DNA of 64,000 nt, taken from NCBI GenBank assembly GCA_016779565.1, contig JADHNJ010000008.1:3303-67302 (forward strand), written 5' to 3'. This DNA comes from Pseudomonadales bacterium (lineage in GTDB: Bacteria > Pseudomonadota > Gammaproteobacteria > Pseudomonadales > Azotimanducaceae). A program made the position numbers and the translations under genes. This document shows, in pieces, positions 40,417 to 50,613 of the stretch; within the stretch, counting starts at the first letter, position 1; each line of letters starts with the position of its first letter. A model generated the notes under the pieces. That model searched no databases, was not told where the DNA came from, and saw nothing but the letters and a program-made list of their open reading frames with translations.

Positions 40417-42065
40417 CGCCTGCGCTTCGAATCCATATAGCGGCTTTTGTATTTTTGTTGATGATGGCAGGTGGGGCTGCCAGATTAATCTACATCGAAA
40501 CCTCGGAGAAAGATTTCTTACAGGATCAGGGAGATGCGAGAACCATCCGCATGGAGCGGATCAACGCGCATCGCGGCATGATTCTTGATCGGCGTGATAA
40601 TCCACTTGCTGTGAGCTCGCCAGTTGTGTCGCTCTGGGCGAACCCATCTGAATTACCTTCGGATGTTGAGCAGCTGCAACCTCTAGCCACAGGACTTGGA
40701 GTCACCGTCGAAGAATTTCGTGACAAAATGCGCAGAACCGAAGCGCGAAATTTTGTCTACCTGCGTCGCCGTGCCAAACCTCAAGAAGCTGATGCGATTT
40801 TGAGCCTAGGGGTGCCAGGGGTCTACGGAGAAAAAGAGTATCACCGGTTTTATCCAGGTGGCGAGATTGCAGCGCATGTGGTCGGCTTTACCGATATAGA
40901 CGATGTTGGTCAAGAAGGGTTGGAGTTATCTTTTGATGACTGGCTAAGCGGTAAACCGGGCAAAAAGAAAGTGCTAAAGAATCTCTACGGAGAGATTGTG
41001 CGCGACATCATGCCGGTCGCCGAAGCGATTCCAGGTAAAAACCTGAGGATCTCTATCGATCAACGTCTGCAGTTTTTGGCCTATCGGGAATTGAAGTCCG
41101 CAGTCGAACAGTACCGAGCTTTATCAGGCTCCTTCGTTTTACTCGATGTGCAGACTGGTGAAGTGCTTGCGATGGCCAATCAGCCTTCTTATAACCCCAA
41201 TAATCGTATTCAGTTAGATCTGTCCTCGGTTCGCAATCGTGCGGTTACTGATGTGTTTGAGCCAGGGTCTACGGTTAAACCTTTTACAGTGGCTGTGGCG
41301 CTTGATTCTGGACTTGCAGTTGGGCACGAAATTGATACGAGCCCGGGTTACATGAAAGTAGATGACAACGTAATTCGCGATCCACGAAACCGCGGGGTAC
41401 TTGATTTAGGTGGCGTCTTGGCCCATTCCTCTCAGGTCGGAATCAGTCGTCTGGCCCTTAGTTTGAATGAATACGATATTTGGAAAATGTTTCAGACCCT
41501 TGGGTTTGGACAGGCAACGGGGACTGGCTTCCCCGGAGAGAGCAGCGGGTTTTTACCGAATCGTCGCCGATGGAAAGATATTGAGCGGGTTACGTTTGCG
41601 TATGGCTACGGATTAACGGTAACGCCTTTGCAGCTAGCGGCAGCTTATAGCACGGTCGCGTCTGGCGGAATTAAACGCGACACCACGATGCTTGCGGGGC
41701 AGATCGCAAACGGCCAGCGGGTGATGGATGTGCGCGTGGCTCAACAACTGCAAGGTATGTTGGGGCGCGTGATAACTGAAGGTACTGGCAAAAAAGCGGC
41801 TATCGATGCTTACAGCGTTGCTGGCAAGACCGGAACGGCGCGAAAAATTGGTGCGGAAGGTTATGACGATACCCGGCATATCGCTTTTTTTGCGGGATTT
41901 GCCCCGCAGTATGCACCGAGATTTGTTGGAGTCGTACTGATTAATGAGCCAAAAACGGCGCAGGTGGGTGGTGGCAGTATTGCCGCGCCGATTTTCTCGC
42001 GCGTTATGGCGAACGTCTTGCGGCTGCTCAGCGTGCCGCCGACTGATACTCGGGAGGCGGTGTGA
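40413..42065 (+). CDS. ftsI: Peptidoglycan D,D-transpeptidase FtsI (PBP3)
   Basis: 550 aa with an N-terminal TM helix. Motifs STVKP (SxxK) and KTGTA (KTG). Confidence 0.95.
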   Translation: MTPALRIHIAAFVFLLMMAGGAARLIYIETSEKDFLQDQGDARTIRMERINAHRGMILDRRDNPLAVSSPVVSLWANPSELPSDVEQLQPLATGLGVTVEEFRDKMRRTEARNFVYLRRRAKPQEADAILSLGVPGVYGEKEYHRFYPGGEIAAHVVGFTDIDDVGQEGLELSFDDWLSGKPGKKKVLKNLYGEIVRDIMPVAEAIPGKNLRISIDQRLQFLAYRELKSAVEQYRALSGSFVLLDVQTGEVLAMANQPSYNPNNRIQLDLSSVRNRAVTDVFEPGSTVKPFTVAVALDSGLAVGHEIDTSPGYMKVDDNVIRDPRNRGVLDLGGVLAHSSQVGISRLALSLNEYDIWKMFQTLGFGQATGTGFPGESSGFLPNRRRWKDIERVTFAYGYGLTVTPLQLAAAYSTVASGGIKRDTTMLAGQIANGQRVMDVRVAQQLQGMLGRVITEGTGKKAAIDAYSVAGKTGTARKIGAEGYDDTRHIAFFAGFAPQYAPRFVGVVLINEPKTAQVGGGSIAAPIFSRVMANVLRLLSVPPTDTREAV

Positions 42066-43522
42066 TGACGAGCTCATTGCGCGCGCTCTTGCCAGGTTAT
42101 TCCGCGCCAGATGTGCCTGTGTCGGGAATCACGCTGGATAGTCGACGAGCAAAACCCGGCGATCTATTTATAGCGCTCAAGGGCTCGCAACATGACGGTC
42201 GTTGCTTTATCAGTGATGCTGTTGCCAGGGGGGCATCGGCGGTGCTGACCACGGATCTGGAGTTAGGTGGTGGTGGCATGGTGCCTATGATCGGCGTGCC
42301 TGACCTCAAGCAGCAAGTGGGTCACATTGCCAGCCGTTTTTACGGCCATCCTTCTGCAAAAACGACGGTGGTTGCCGTCACCGGTACCAACGGTAAAACA
42401 TCAGTGACGTATTTAGCTGCCACGGCCCTTAAGGCATTGGGTCGTAAGGTAGGCATCATAGGGACTTTGGGACAAGGGCTTTTAGGCGAGCTCGAGCAGA
42501 CCCAAATGACGACGCCGGACTCGATAACATTACAAGCAGGCATCAGCTCGATGGTGACAGCCGGCGCGGAGATCGTGTTGATGGAGGCCTCATCACATGG
42601 TCTTGCCCAGGATCGATTGAACGGCACGAGGGTCGCGAGTGCCATTTTGACGAACCTCACCCGGGATCATCTTGATTATCACGGCAGCATGTCAGAATAC
42701 CGAGCCGCAAAAGCAAAGCTTTTTCACTGGCCAGAACTCCAAAGCGCTTTGCTAAATCTCGATGACCCCTGGGGGGCCGAGCTCGTTGGGCAGCATCTCT
42801 CCCCGACGATTATCACGTTCTCGACGCATCAAGAGTCAGCCTCGGTCCATGCTAAAAGCGCGAATTTTGATCAAGGAGGACTTCGCTTTGAGCTTGTGAC
42901 GCCGGCAGGGCAGACTCAAGTCGCGAGTGGTTTGATGGGGGCGCACAACTTAAGCAATTTGGTCGCTGCGGGTGCTTTTCTATATTGGTACGGCGTTGGC
43001 CTCGAAGAAATCGGCGAGGCGTTAGGTCAATGCCAAGCACCCCCTGGCAGATTAGAGGCTGTTCGTGTCGGGCCTTGGCTGGCCTTAGTGGATTTTGCGC
43101 ATACCCCCGATGCGGTCGCCCAAGTGTTGAGTTCTGTGAATCAACACTTTAACGGCCGAATTATCTGTGTGATTGGTTGTGGTGGCGATCGTGATGTGGG
43201 TAAGCGGCCGATGATGGGGCAGATGGCGGTTGATCATAGTGATCTGTGTTTTTTTACGAGCGACAACCCGAGGTCTGAAGATCCGGCGGCGATTATCGAT
43301 GACATGGTGCGATCATTGAGTGCTCCGATTCCCGCTGAGCGCAAAATTATCGATCGGCGACAAGCCTTGGCGGCTGCGATTGACGTTCAGGAAAAAGATG
43401 ACGTTGTGGTGGTTTTGGGTAAGGGCCATGAAGCCTACCAAGAGGTCCATGGTAAGCGCTATCCCTTCAGCGATCGGGATGTGGTGAAGGCATTGCTCAC
43501 CGAAAAGGCGGGTCTTTTGTGA
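42062..43522 (+). CDS. murE: UDP-MurNAc-L-Ala-D-Glu:meso-DAP ligase
   Basis: Motifs GITLDSRRAKPGDLFIAL, GTNGKTS, TNLTRDHLDYHG and DNPRSEDP. 486 aa. Confidence 0.95.
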   Translation: MMTSSLRALLPGYSAPDVPVSGITLDSRRAKPGDLFIALKGSQHDGRCFISDAVARGASAVLTTDLELGGGGMVPMIGVPDLKQQVGHIASRFYGHPSAKTTVVAVTGTNGKTSVTYLAATALKALGRKVGIIGTLGQGLLGELEQTQMTTPDSITLQAGISSMVTAGAEIVLMEASSHGLAQDRLNGTRVASAILTNLTRDHLDYHGSMSEYRAAKAKLFHWPELQSALLNLDDPWGAELVGQHLSPTIITFSTHQESASVHAKSANFDQGGLRFELVTPAGQTQVASGLMGAHNLSNLVAAGAFLYWYGVGLEEIGEALGQCQAPPGRLEAVRVGPWLALVDFAHTPDAVAQVLSSVNQHFNGRIICVIGCGGDRDVGKRPMMGQMAVDHSDLCFFTSDNPRSEDPAAIIDDMVRSLSAPIPAERKIIDRRQALAAAIDVQEKDDVVVVLGKGHEAYQEVHGKRYPFSDRDVVKALLTEKAGLL

Positions 43523-44847
43523 TGGCTCCTACGACGGTCATCTTGGGCCTTGGTAAAACTGGCCTATCCGCCGCGCACTACCTAAGCGCTAAAGGCGTCC
43601 CGTTTATCATGGCCGACGACGGTCCAACCGAAGACGCCTTACGTCGTTTGCGGCAGTGGTACAAAGATCCCGTGGTTTTGCCGCTATATCAGATTCCAAT
43701 ACAGCCGGGTGCCATTTGGATTGTGAGCCCAGGGGTATCTCTTGCTCATCCGGCGATCGCAAAGGCAAGAGCGAGGGGCGTCAAATTGACGAATGACCTG
43801 ATGCTGTTTGCCGAGGAGACTGATGGGGCAGTGGTCGGTGTGACAGGCACAAATGGTAAGACCACTGTGACATCGATGGCAGGTTATTTAGCGCAAAGGC
43901 AGCTATCTAACATTGCGATTGGTGGCAACATTGGAACGCCCTGTCTTGATATTCTCGACCCGGCAACAAGACTTTACCTACTTGAACTTTCGAGCTACCA
44001 GCTGGAGTTGGCCGATGGCTTGCCGTTGCGGGTTGCCGCGCTGCTTAACCTCAGCCCGGATCATTTGGATCGTTACGTCTCGACTGAGGCGTACTATGAG
44101 GCCAAGGGCCGTATCTTTCAGGCGGCAGATGCGTGTGTAGTCGCAAAAAAATTGCAGGCTTTCGCGGAGTCTCACGGTGCAAAATCCGTCACAGTATTCT
44201 CCGATTCTAAGCCCGAGTCCCCAGAAGAGTTTGGTTTGCAATACTCAAAAGGGGAGCTGTGCCTGGTGCGCGGCGACGAGGTATTGCTCGAGGTGCGAGC
44301 GCTCTCAAGTCAGGGCAAAAGCTACTATCTCAATGTCTTGGCAGCGTTGGCCATTGGTGTCTGTCTTGACCTTGATCTCGCTCAAATGGTTGATGATGTA
44401 AAAAACTTTAAAGGACTGCCGCATCGTTGCCAGCGCATTGATCGGGGTGATCAGGTTATTTGGATCAACGACTCTAAAGCAACAAACACGGGTGCAACTC
44501 GGGCCGCTGTAGAGGGGTTCTTGGCGCAAGGGCCGATGATCTTGCTGCTCGGTGGCCTGTCTAAAGGCGCGGATTTTGAGGTGCTGTGCGATTATTTGAC
44601 GGGCATCAAAGGCATAAAAGCCATTCTTCTCTACGGTGAGGCAAGGGCGGAAATTGAGCGCCACCTTGCTCCAGCGTCTTTTGAGTCGTTCGAAAAATTT
44701 GATCGAATGATTGAGCGAGCCTTGAAGTTGGTTGAACCTGGCGATGTTGTCCTGCTTTCACCAGCTTGCGCTAGTCAAGATCAGTTTTCTGACTATGAAG
44801 CCCGAGGCCGTCATTTCGAATCTCTTTTGACCCGGGGTGCCGCATGA
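43519..44847 (+). CDS. murD: UDP-MurNAc-L-alanine:D-glutamate ligase
   Basis: Motifs VILGLGKTGLS, GTNGKTT, GLPHRCQ, INDSKATN and LLSPACASQDQF. 442 aa. Confidence 0.94.
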   Translation: MMAPTTVILGLGKTGLSAAHYLSAKGVPFIMADDGPTEDALRRLRQWYKDPVVLPLYQIPIQPGAIWIVSPGVSLAHPAIAKARARGVKLTNDLMLFAEETDGAVVGVTGTNGKTTVTSMAGYLAQRQLSNIAIGGNIGTPCLDILDPATRLYLLELSSYQLELADGLPLRVAALLNLSPDHLDRYVSTEAYYEAKGRIFQAADACVVAKKLQAFAESHGAKSVTVFSDSKPESPEEFGLQYSKGELCLVRGDEVLLEVRALSSQGKSYYLNVLAALAIGVCLDLDLAQMVDDVKNFKGLPHRCQRIDRGDQVIWINDSKATNTGATRAAVEGFLAQGPMILLLGGLSKGADFEVLCDYLTGIKGIKAILLYGEARAEIERHLAPASFESFEKFDRMIERALKLVEPGDVVLLSPACASQDQFSDYEARGRHFESLLTRGAA

Positions 44848-46019
44848 GTGCTGTACGACTTGAAGCACCCAGACAACTGGGTAGTCCCATTGATCTGACG
44901 GTATTGCTGGCGGCAACCGGTTTACTGTTGTTCGGTTTTATTATGGTGACCTCTGCATCTTCAGAAGTCGCTGCTCGTAATTATGGCCATCCCTTATATC
45001 TGGCGATAAAACACGGCATCTTTTTAGTGCTCGGCGGCCTGGGCTTGTTATCAGCGTTGGTTTTGCCTATTCGTGTTTGGCAGCGCTTGGGCTGGGCACT
45101 TTACGCCCTGTCGATTGCCCTTTTGGTACTGGTGATGATTCCTGGGATTGGGCACGAGGTTAATGGCGCCACACGGTGGATTCCTTTGGGTTTTTTTACG
45201 CTACAGGGCTCTGAATTTGTGAAGCTGTTTACCGTAGTATTTCTGGCCGCTTACCTGGCTAAGCCAGGTGCGAAATTTCAGGACAAGTTGAGTGCCTATC
45301 TGCTTCCGCTAGGCTTGACCGGGATATTAGTCGGTTTATTGCTGCTACAACCAGATTTTGGTGCTTGTGTGGTGTTGATGTCAGCCGCCTTGGCGATGAT
45401 GTTTTTCTCAGGCGCCCCCATGCGCTACTTTTTGCCAACATTGCTAGGGGGCGGCGCCATCGTTGTGCTGTTGGTTGTGCTCCAGCCTTACCGCTTGGCC
45501 AGATTGATTTCGTTTACGGATCCTTGGGCACATCAGTTTGGCGGCGGCTACCAATTAACCCAAGCTTTGATCGCGATTGGTCGAGGTGAGTGGTTTGGCT
45601 TAGGTCTTGGCAATAGTGTCCAAAAATTGTTCTTCCTGCCTGAAGCCCACACAGATTTTCTATTTTCAATTATTGTAGAAGAGTTAGGAATTGTCGGCGC
45701 AACGTTTGTGTTGCTCGGATTCACGGTGTTAGTCATTCAAGGGCTATTAATCGGTAAAAGATGCTACCAGGCGGGATTTACCTTTCATGGAAATCTCGCA
45801 TCTGGCATTGCGCTTTTAATCGGTGTTCAAGCGCTGATCAACTTAGGCGTAAATTTAGGGCTGCTGCCTACCAAGGGCTTGACGCTGCCACTTATGAGTT
45901 TTGGTGGCAACAGCCTAGTGGTGACCTTGGTGATGATCGGCTTGTTGTTGCGGTTAGATTGGGAATGTCGGCTAGCGCCGGCAGCGCCGAAGAAACCGGG
46001 AGGTCGCCGTGCAAAGTAG
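44844..46019 (+). CDS. ftsW: SEDS-family peptidoglycan glycosyltransferase FtsW
   Basis: 391-aa polytopic protein. Motifs LQGSEFVKL, PEAHTDF and LPTKGLTLPLMSFGG. Confidence 0.94.
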   Translation: MSAVRLEAPRQLGSPIDLTVLLAATGLLLFGFIMVTSASSEVAARNYGHPLYLAIKHGIFLVLGGLGLLSALVLPIRVWQRLGWALYALSIALLVLVMIPGIGHEVNGATRWIPLGFFTLQGSEFVKLFTVVFLAAYLAKPGAKFQDKLSAYLLPLGLTGILVGLLLLQPDFGACVVLMSAALAMMFFSGAPMRYFLPTLLGGGAIVVLLVVLQPYRLARLISFTDPWAHQFGGGYQLTQALIAIGRGEWFGLGLGNSVQKLFFLPEAHTDFLFSIIVEELGIVGATFVLLGFTVLVIQGLLIGKRCYQAGFTFHGNLASGIALLIGVQALINLGVNLGLLPTKGLTLPLMSFGGNSLVVTLVMIGLLLRLDWECRLAPAAPKKPGGRRAK

Positions 46020-47451
46020 TGTGCAAACTTCTATGCCTTGGACCGGGGAAATGCGGCGTATTCGCCACATCCATTTTGTTGGTATCGGTGGCGCTGGTAT
46101 GTGTGGCATTGCCGAGGTTTTAGGTAACCAGGGCTATATCATATCGGGGTCAGATTTATATCAAACCGATGTTACAGAGCGGCTCATACAGCAAGGCTTT
46201 CGGATTAGTCTAGGGCATGATCCAGGGCATATTAACGGCGCAGATGTTGTGGTGATATCCAGTGCTATCGCTGCGGATAACGTGGAATTGTGTGCGGCTC
46301 GCTCAGCCAGAATACCTGTTATTAGGCGCGCTGAAATGCTGGCAGAGCTCATGCGATATCGCCATGGCATAGCAGTTGCCGGCACCCACGGTAAAACAAC
46401 GACGACAAGCTTGTTGGCCTCGATCTTTGCTAAAGCAGAGCTTGACCCAACTTTCATCATCGGTGGCCTACTAAACCAGACCGCAAGTAATGCAAGGCTA
46501 GGTTCGAGCCGGTATATGATTGCTGAAGCAGACGAGAGCGATGCCTCGTTTTTACATCTGCAGCCGATGGTGGTTGTTCTGACCAATGTCGATCGAGATC
46601 ACTTGGCTAATTATGATGGTAGCTTCTCGAAGCTCAAAGAGGCCTTTGTCGCTTTTGTCCACAATTTGCCTTTTTATGGGGTGGTTGTGGCTTGCGTCGA
46701 TGACCCTATGGTCAGTTCGATGTTGCCATCTTTGATGCGGCCGGTGGTGACTTATGGGTTTTCAGATGATGCAGATTATCGCGTCCTCGATTGGCAGCAA
46801 TCAGGTAAACATAGTCAGTTTCAGATTGAACGGCCCGGAACCCTCAAGCCGCTAACGATAGATTTCTCTATGCCGGGACGGCATAACGTACTCAACGCTG
46901 TCGCTGCAATTGCGGTTGCCTCGGATGAGGGGGTCTCAGACGATGCCATCGTTCTGGGTCTGAGTGATTTCAGAGGCGTCGGACGTAGATTCGAAGTGCA
47001 TGGCCAATGCAGGGTTAATGAAAAACAGTTCCTGCTTATCGATGACTACGGTCACCATCCTACTGAGGTGCGAGCTACGATCGATGCAGTCAGAAAGGGC
47101 TGGCCCAATCGACGACTGGTGATGATCTATCAACCGCATCGATATTCAAGAACGGCAGAACTTTTTGACCAGTTTGTTGAGGTTCTTGCATTGGTGGATG
47201 TGCTCTTGATATCTGAAGTCTATTCAGCAGGGGAAGCGATCATACCTGGGGCAACTGGCGCTGATTTACATCGATCGCTGAAAACCACCGGGCTTGGTGA
47301 GCTGCATTGGTTGAAAACTTTGACAGACACGCCGGATTGTTTGTCGGGCTGTCTGCGCGAGGGCGATGTTGTGTTAACTCAAGGTGCCGGCGAGACGGCG
47401 GGTTTGGCCCGGTCTCTGGCGAAACAGTACCAAAGCGAAGTGACTTTATGA
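46009..47451 (+). CDS. murC: UDP-N-acetylmuramate:L-alanine ligase
   Basis: Motifs MRRIRHIHFVGIGGAGMCGIAEVL, GTHGKTTTT and DDYGHHPTE. The start is GTG 46009 (11-nt overlap with ftsW) or ATG 46033. Confidence 0.95.
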   Translation: MQSSVQTSMPWTGEMRRIRHIHFVGIGGAGMCGIAEVLGNQGYIISGSDLYQTDVTERLIQQGFRISLGHDPGHINGADVVVISSAIAADNVELCAARSARIPVIRRAEMLAELMRYRHGIAVAGTHGKTTTTSLLASIFAKAELDPTFIIGGLLNQTASNARLGSSRYMIAEADESDASFLHLQPMVVVLTNVDRDHLANYDGSFSKLKEAFVAFVHNLPFYGVVVACVDDPMVSSMLPSLMRPVVTYGFSDDADYRVLDWQQSGKHSQFQIERPGTLKPLTIDFSMPGRHNVLNAVAAIAVASDEGVSDDAIVLGLSDFRGVGRRFEVHGQCRVNEKQFLLIDDYGHHPTEVRATIDAVRKGWPNRRLVMIYQPHRYSRTAELFDQFVEVLALVDVLLISEVYSAGEAIIPGATGADLHRSLKTTGLGELHWLKTLTDTPDCLSGCLREGDVVLTQGAGETAGLARSLAKQYQSEVTL

Positions 47452-48179
47452 ATGTAAACAGATTGATTCGGCAATACGCGCTACTTCCATGGATTTGTAT
47501 AAGTCTTGCTGGGTTACCGTTAGTGTCTTTAGGCGCTGAAGATACAATTCGGTACTTGGTGGTGCAGGGCGACATCGAAGACGCTCAGCGAACTGACGTA
47601 ACCAATGCAGTGCTAGCTCTGGAAGGTGCATTGTCAAATATTGATCAAGTTCGTAATCACCTGACAGCGATCGACTGGATTGCCAACGCCGAGGTGCAAT
47701 TTAACTGGCCTGATGAACTCACTGTGAATGTTTTTCCAGAGCGTGCGATCGCCTATTGGAATGATTCTGGTTTTATCAATAAAGAAGGCACTACTTTCCG
47801 TTCTCTGTATCACGCCGGGGAAGATCTACCGCATCTGTTTGGGCCTGATGATCAGGTCCAAGCTGTCTTAGACCGTTACCTAGAAATTCGACGGGCTGTT
47901 CCGGATCGGGCGATAGAAACCGTCGAGGTAAGAGACCGGGGTGCTGTGGCTTTTGAGTTGCGATCGGGTTGGCAGGTTTTACTGGGTAGTGCAGACATTA
48001 GCCAGCGTTTGCAAAGAGCCGTTGTGGTTATGCATCGGCTTGAGGCCATGGGCGTCGATCCAGAGCATACGCGTATAGATGCGCGTTATACCGATGGTGT
48101 CGCGATAAATGAATCAGTACCCACAATAGAAGTGCTGATGTCGCAGCACGGAAATTCAATAAAAGGTAATGAACTATGA
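47448..48179 (+). CDS. ftsQ: Cell division protein FtsQ
   Basis: N-terminal TM helix and a POTRA-like region (VNVFPERAIAYWND). ATG 47448 overlaps the murC stop (ATGA). The longer track ORF starting at 47307 lies inside murC. Confidence 0.88.
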   Translation: MNVNRLIRQYALLPWICISLAGLPLVSLGAEDTIRYLVVQGDIEDAQRTDVTNAVLALEGALSNIDQVRNHLTAIDWIANAEVQFNWPDELTVNVFPERAIAYWNDSGFINKEGTTFRSLYHAGEDLPHLFGPDDQVQAVLDRYLEIRRAVPDRAIETVEVRDRGAVAFELRSGWQVLLGSADISQRLQRAVVVMHRLEAMGVDPEHTRIDARYTDGVAINESVPTIEVLMSQHGNSIKGNEL

Positions 48180-49414
48180 GCAACGCTAGCCAGAATCGAA
48201 TGATTGTGGGTCTCGACATAGGGACTTCGAAGGTTGTCGCCATTGTTGGAGAAGTTAGCCCAGAAGGAAAGCTCGAAATTGTCGGGATTGGTAGTCATGG
48301 ATCAAAAGGACTGAAAAAGGGCGTAGTCGTGAACATAGATTCAACGGTACAGTCCATTCAGCGTGCCATTGAAGAGGCTGAATTGATGGCTGGCTGTCAG
48401 ATTCAATCGGTGTATGCGGGTATAGCCGGAAGCCATATTCGCAGTATGGGGTCCCACGGAATCGTAGCGATTCGCGATCGTGAAGTATTTCAGCCCGATA
48501 TCGATCGGGTCATTGATGCGGCGCAAGCAGTAGCGATTCCGGCAGACCAAAAAATTCTTCATATATTGCCGCAAGAATTCATTATTGACGCTCAGGAAGG
48601 TGTTAAAGAGCCGCTAGGGATGTCAGGGGTTCGTTTGGAGGCGAAAGTCCATCTGGTTACTTGTGCCGTCAATGCAGCGCAAAATATCGAAAAGTGTATT
48701 AAGCAATGCGGATTAGGCGTTGACGACATCATTTTAGAGCAATTGGCTTCAAGCTACTCGGTTCTAACCGAAGATGAAAAAGATTTGGGCGTCTGCCTTG
48801 TCGATATTGGTGGTGGAACGTCAGATATCGCGATTTTTACCGAAGGCGCGATAAAACATACCGCAGTGATTCCTATTGCTGGCGATCAAGTCACCAACGA
48901 CATTGCGATGGCGCTGAGGACACCAACCCAAAACGCTGAAGAAATTAAGATCAAATACGCCTGCGCGCTAGCCTCTTTAGCTGGAGACAATGAGACGATT
49001 AAGGTGCCAAGCGTCGGCGAACGGGAAGACCGCAGCCTTTCGCGTCAAGCCTTGGCCGAAGTGGTGGAGCCCCGCTACGAAGAATTATTCACGTTAATCC
49101 AAGCAGAGTTACGACGCAGCGGTTTTGAGGAGCTGATCGCCGCAGGCATCGTGTTAACTGGTGGCACCTCGAAAATGGAAGGGGTTGTTGAGTTGGCAGA
49201 AGAAATCTTTCACATGCCCGTGAGCATTGGTAAACCCAAGCAAGTCTCGGGACTTGCAGACATCGTTCGAAACCCCATCTATGCAACGTCAGTGGGGCTA
49301 TTGCAATACGGAATGTCTCAAGGGCGTAGCGTCGGTCGGTCGACACCAGTCGGACCGACCAGCGAATCCGCGTGGAGCAAAGCGAAACAGTGGTTGTTAG
49401 GCACAGAGGCCTAA
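48176..49414 (+). CDS. ftsA: Cell division protein FtsA
   Basis: Motifs VGLDIGTSKV and VDIGGGTSDIA. 412 aa. Confidence 0.97.
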   Translation: MSNASQNRMIVGLDIGTSKVVAIVGEVSPEGKLEIVGIGSHGSKGLKKGVVVNIDSTVQSIQRAIEEAELMAGCQIQSVYAGIAGSHIRSMGSHGIVAIRDREVFQPDIDRVIDAAQAVAIPADQKILHILPQEFIIDAQEGVKEPLGMSGVRLEAKVHLVTCAVNAAQNIEKCIKQCGLGVDDIILEQLASSYSVLTEDEKDLGVCLVDIGGGTSDIAIFTEGAIKHTAVIPIAGDQVTNDIAMALRTPTQNAEEIKIKYACALASLAGDNETIKVPSVGEREDRSLSRQALAEVVEPRYEELFTLIQAELRRSGFEELIAAGIVLTGGTSKMEGVVELAEEIFHMPVSIGKPKQVSGLADIVRNPIYATSVGLLQYGMSQGRSVGRSTPVGPTSESAWSKAKQWLLGTEA

Positions 49415-49449
49415 TCGACTAAAAATATCCTAAATCTGGAGATGATCTT

Positions 49450-50613
49450 ATGTTCGAATTAGTAGATAACCAGCCGCAACACGCGGTTATTAAAGTCATC
49501 GGTGTTGGCGGTGGTGGCGGCAATGCGGTCCAGCATATGGTCGATCGTCAGATTGATGGTGTGGATTTCATTTGCGCTAATACTGATGCACAAGCATTGC
49601 AGCGGCTTACCGCCAGAACGTTGCTGCAACTGGGCTCAGATATCACTAAAGGGCTGGGCGCAGGCGCTAATCCGTCGATGGGAAAGAGCGCCGCGTTAGA
49701 GGACAGGGAACGTATTGAAGATGTGCTAAGCGGCGCAGATATGGTGTTTATCACCGCAGGTATGGGTGGCGGTACTGGAACCGGCGCCGCGCCAATTGTC
49801 GCTCAGATCGCGAAGGACATGGGAATCTTAACCGTTGCGGTCGTTACCAAGCCGTTTCCTTTCGAGGGACGAAAACGGATGCAAATTGCTGACGCTGGGA
49901 TTGCAGAGTTAAGAGAATATGTCGACTCCTTGATCACTGTGCCAAATGAAAAATTGTTGTCAATCATGGGCCAAGATACGCCTTTGCTAGAAGCCTTCGG
50001 TGCGGTTGATGATGTATTGCTTGGGGCGGTTCAGGGCATTGCAGATCTCATCATTCGCCCAGGTATGATCAATGTGGACTTTGCGGATGTGCGCACGGTC
50101 ATGTCTGAAATGGGGATGGCCATGATGGGTAGTGGGGCTGCTGTTGGTGATAGTCGAGCGCTTGAAGCGGCTGAAGCAGCAGTGAGAAGTCCGTTGTTAG
50201 AGGACATTGATTTCTCAGGTGCGAGAGGCATCTTGGTCAATATTGCCGCAGGCGTCGACATCACCCTTACAGAATTTTCTCAAGTGGGCGCGACCATCGA
50301 AGATTTTGCCTCAGACAATGCGACTGTCGTTATAGGAACCGTGATTGACCCGGAAATGGGAGAGGAAATGCGGGTAACGGTAGTTGCCACGGGTCTTGGT
50401 CTGGACCTTGACAGCCAAGATATCAATGCGGAAATACCCAATGCAATACGACGTCGGCTGGCCGGTGATGGTGTGCCAGACTATGGCGCCTTGGACAAGC
50501 CAACGGTGATTCGTAACAAAGCAATGCTCGAAGGCGGTAGCTCTGATGTCGGCAAGCAGCAAGACCTTGAGTATTTGGATATTCCAGCTTTTTTGCGTCG
50601 ACAGGCGGATTAA
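49450..50613 (+). CDS. ftsZ: Cell division GTPase FtsZ
   Basis: Tubulin signature GGGTGTGAAP and C-terminal peptide DLEYLDIPAFLRRQAD. Confidence 0.98.
   Translation: MFELVDNQPQHAVIKVIGVGGGGGNAVQHMVDRQIDGVDFICANTDAQALQRLTARTLLQLGSDITKGLGAGANPSMGKSAALEDRERIEDVLSGADMVFITAGMGGGTGTGAAPIVAQIAKDMGILTVAVVTKPFPFEGRKRMQIADAGIAELREYVDSLITVPNEKLLSIMGQDTPLLEAFGAVDDVLLGAVQGIADLIIRPGMINVDFADVRTVMSEMGMAMMGSGAAVGDSRALEAAEAAVRSPLLEDIDFSGARGILVNIAAGVDITLTEFSQVGATIEDFASDNATVVIGTVIDPEMGEEMRVTVVATGLGLDLDSQDINAEIPNAIRRRLAGDGVPDYGALDKPTVIRNKAMLEGGSSDVGKQQDLEYLDIPAFLRRQAD

Noticed and set aside
47307-47447. N-terminal extension of the ftsQ ORF in the six-frame track (start at 47307).
   Set aside because: The extension lies inside the murC coding region in another frame. 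The ATG at 47448 gives a canonical short cytoplasmic tail plus TM helix and an ATGA coupling with murC.
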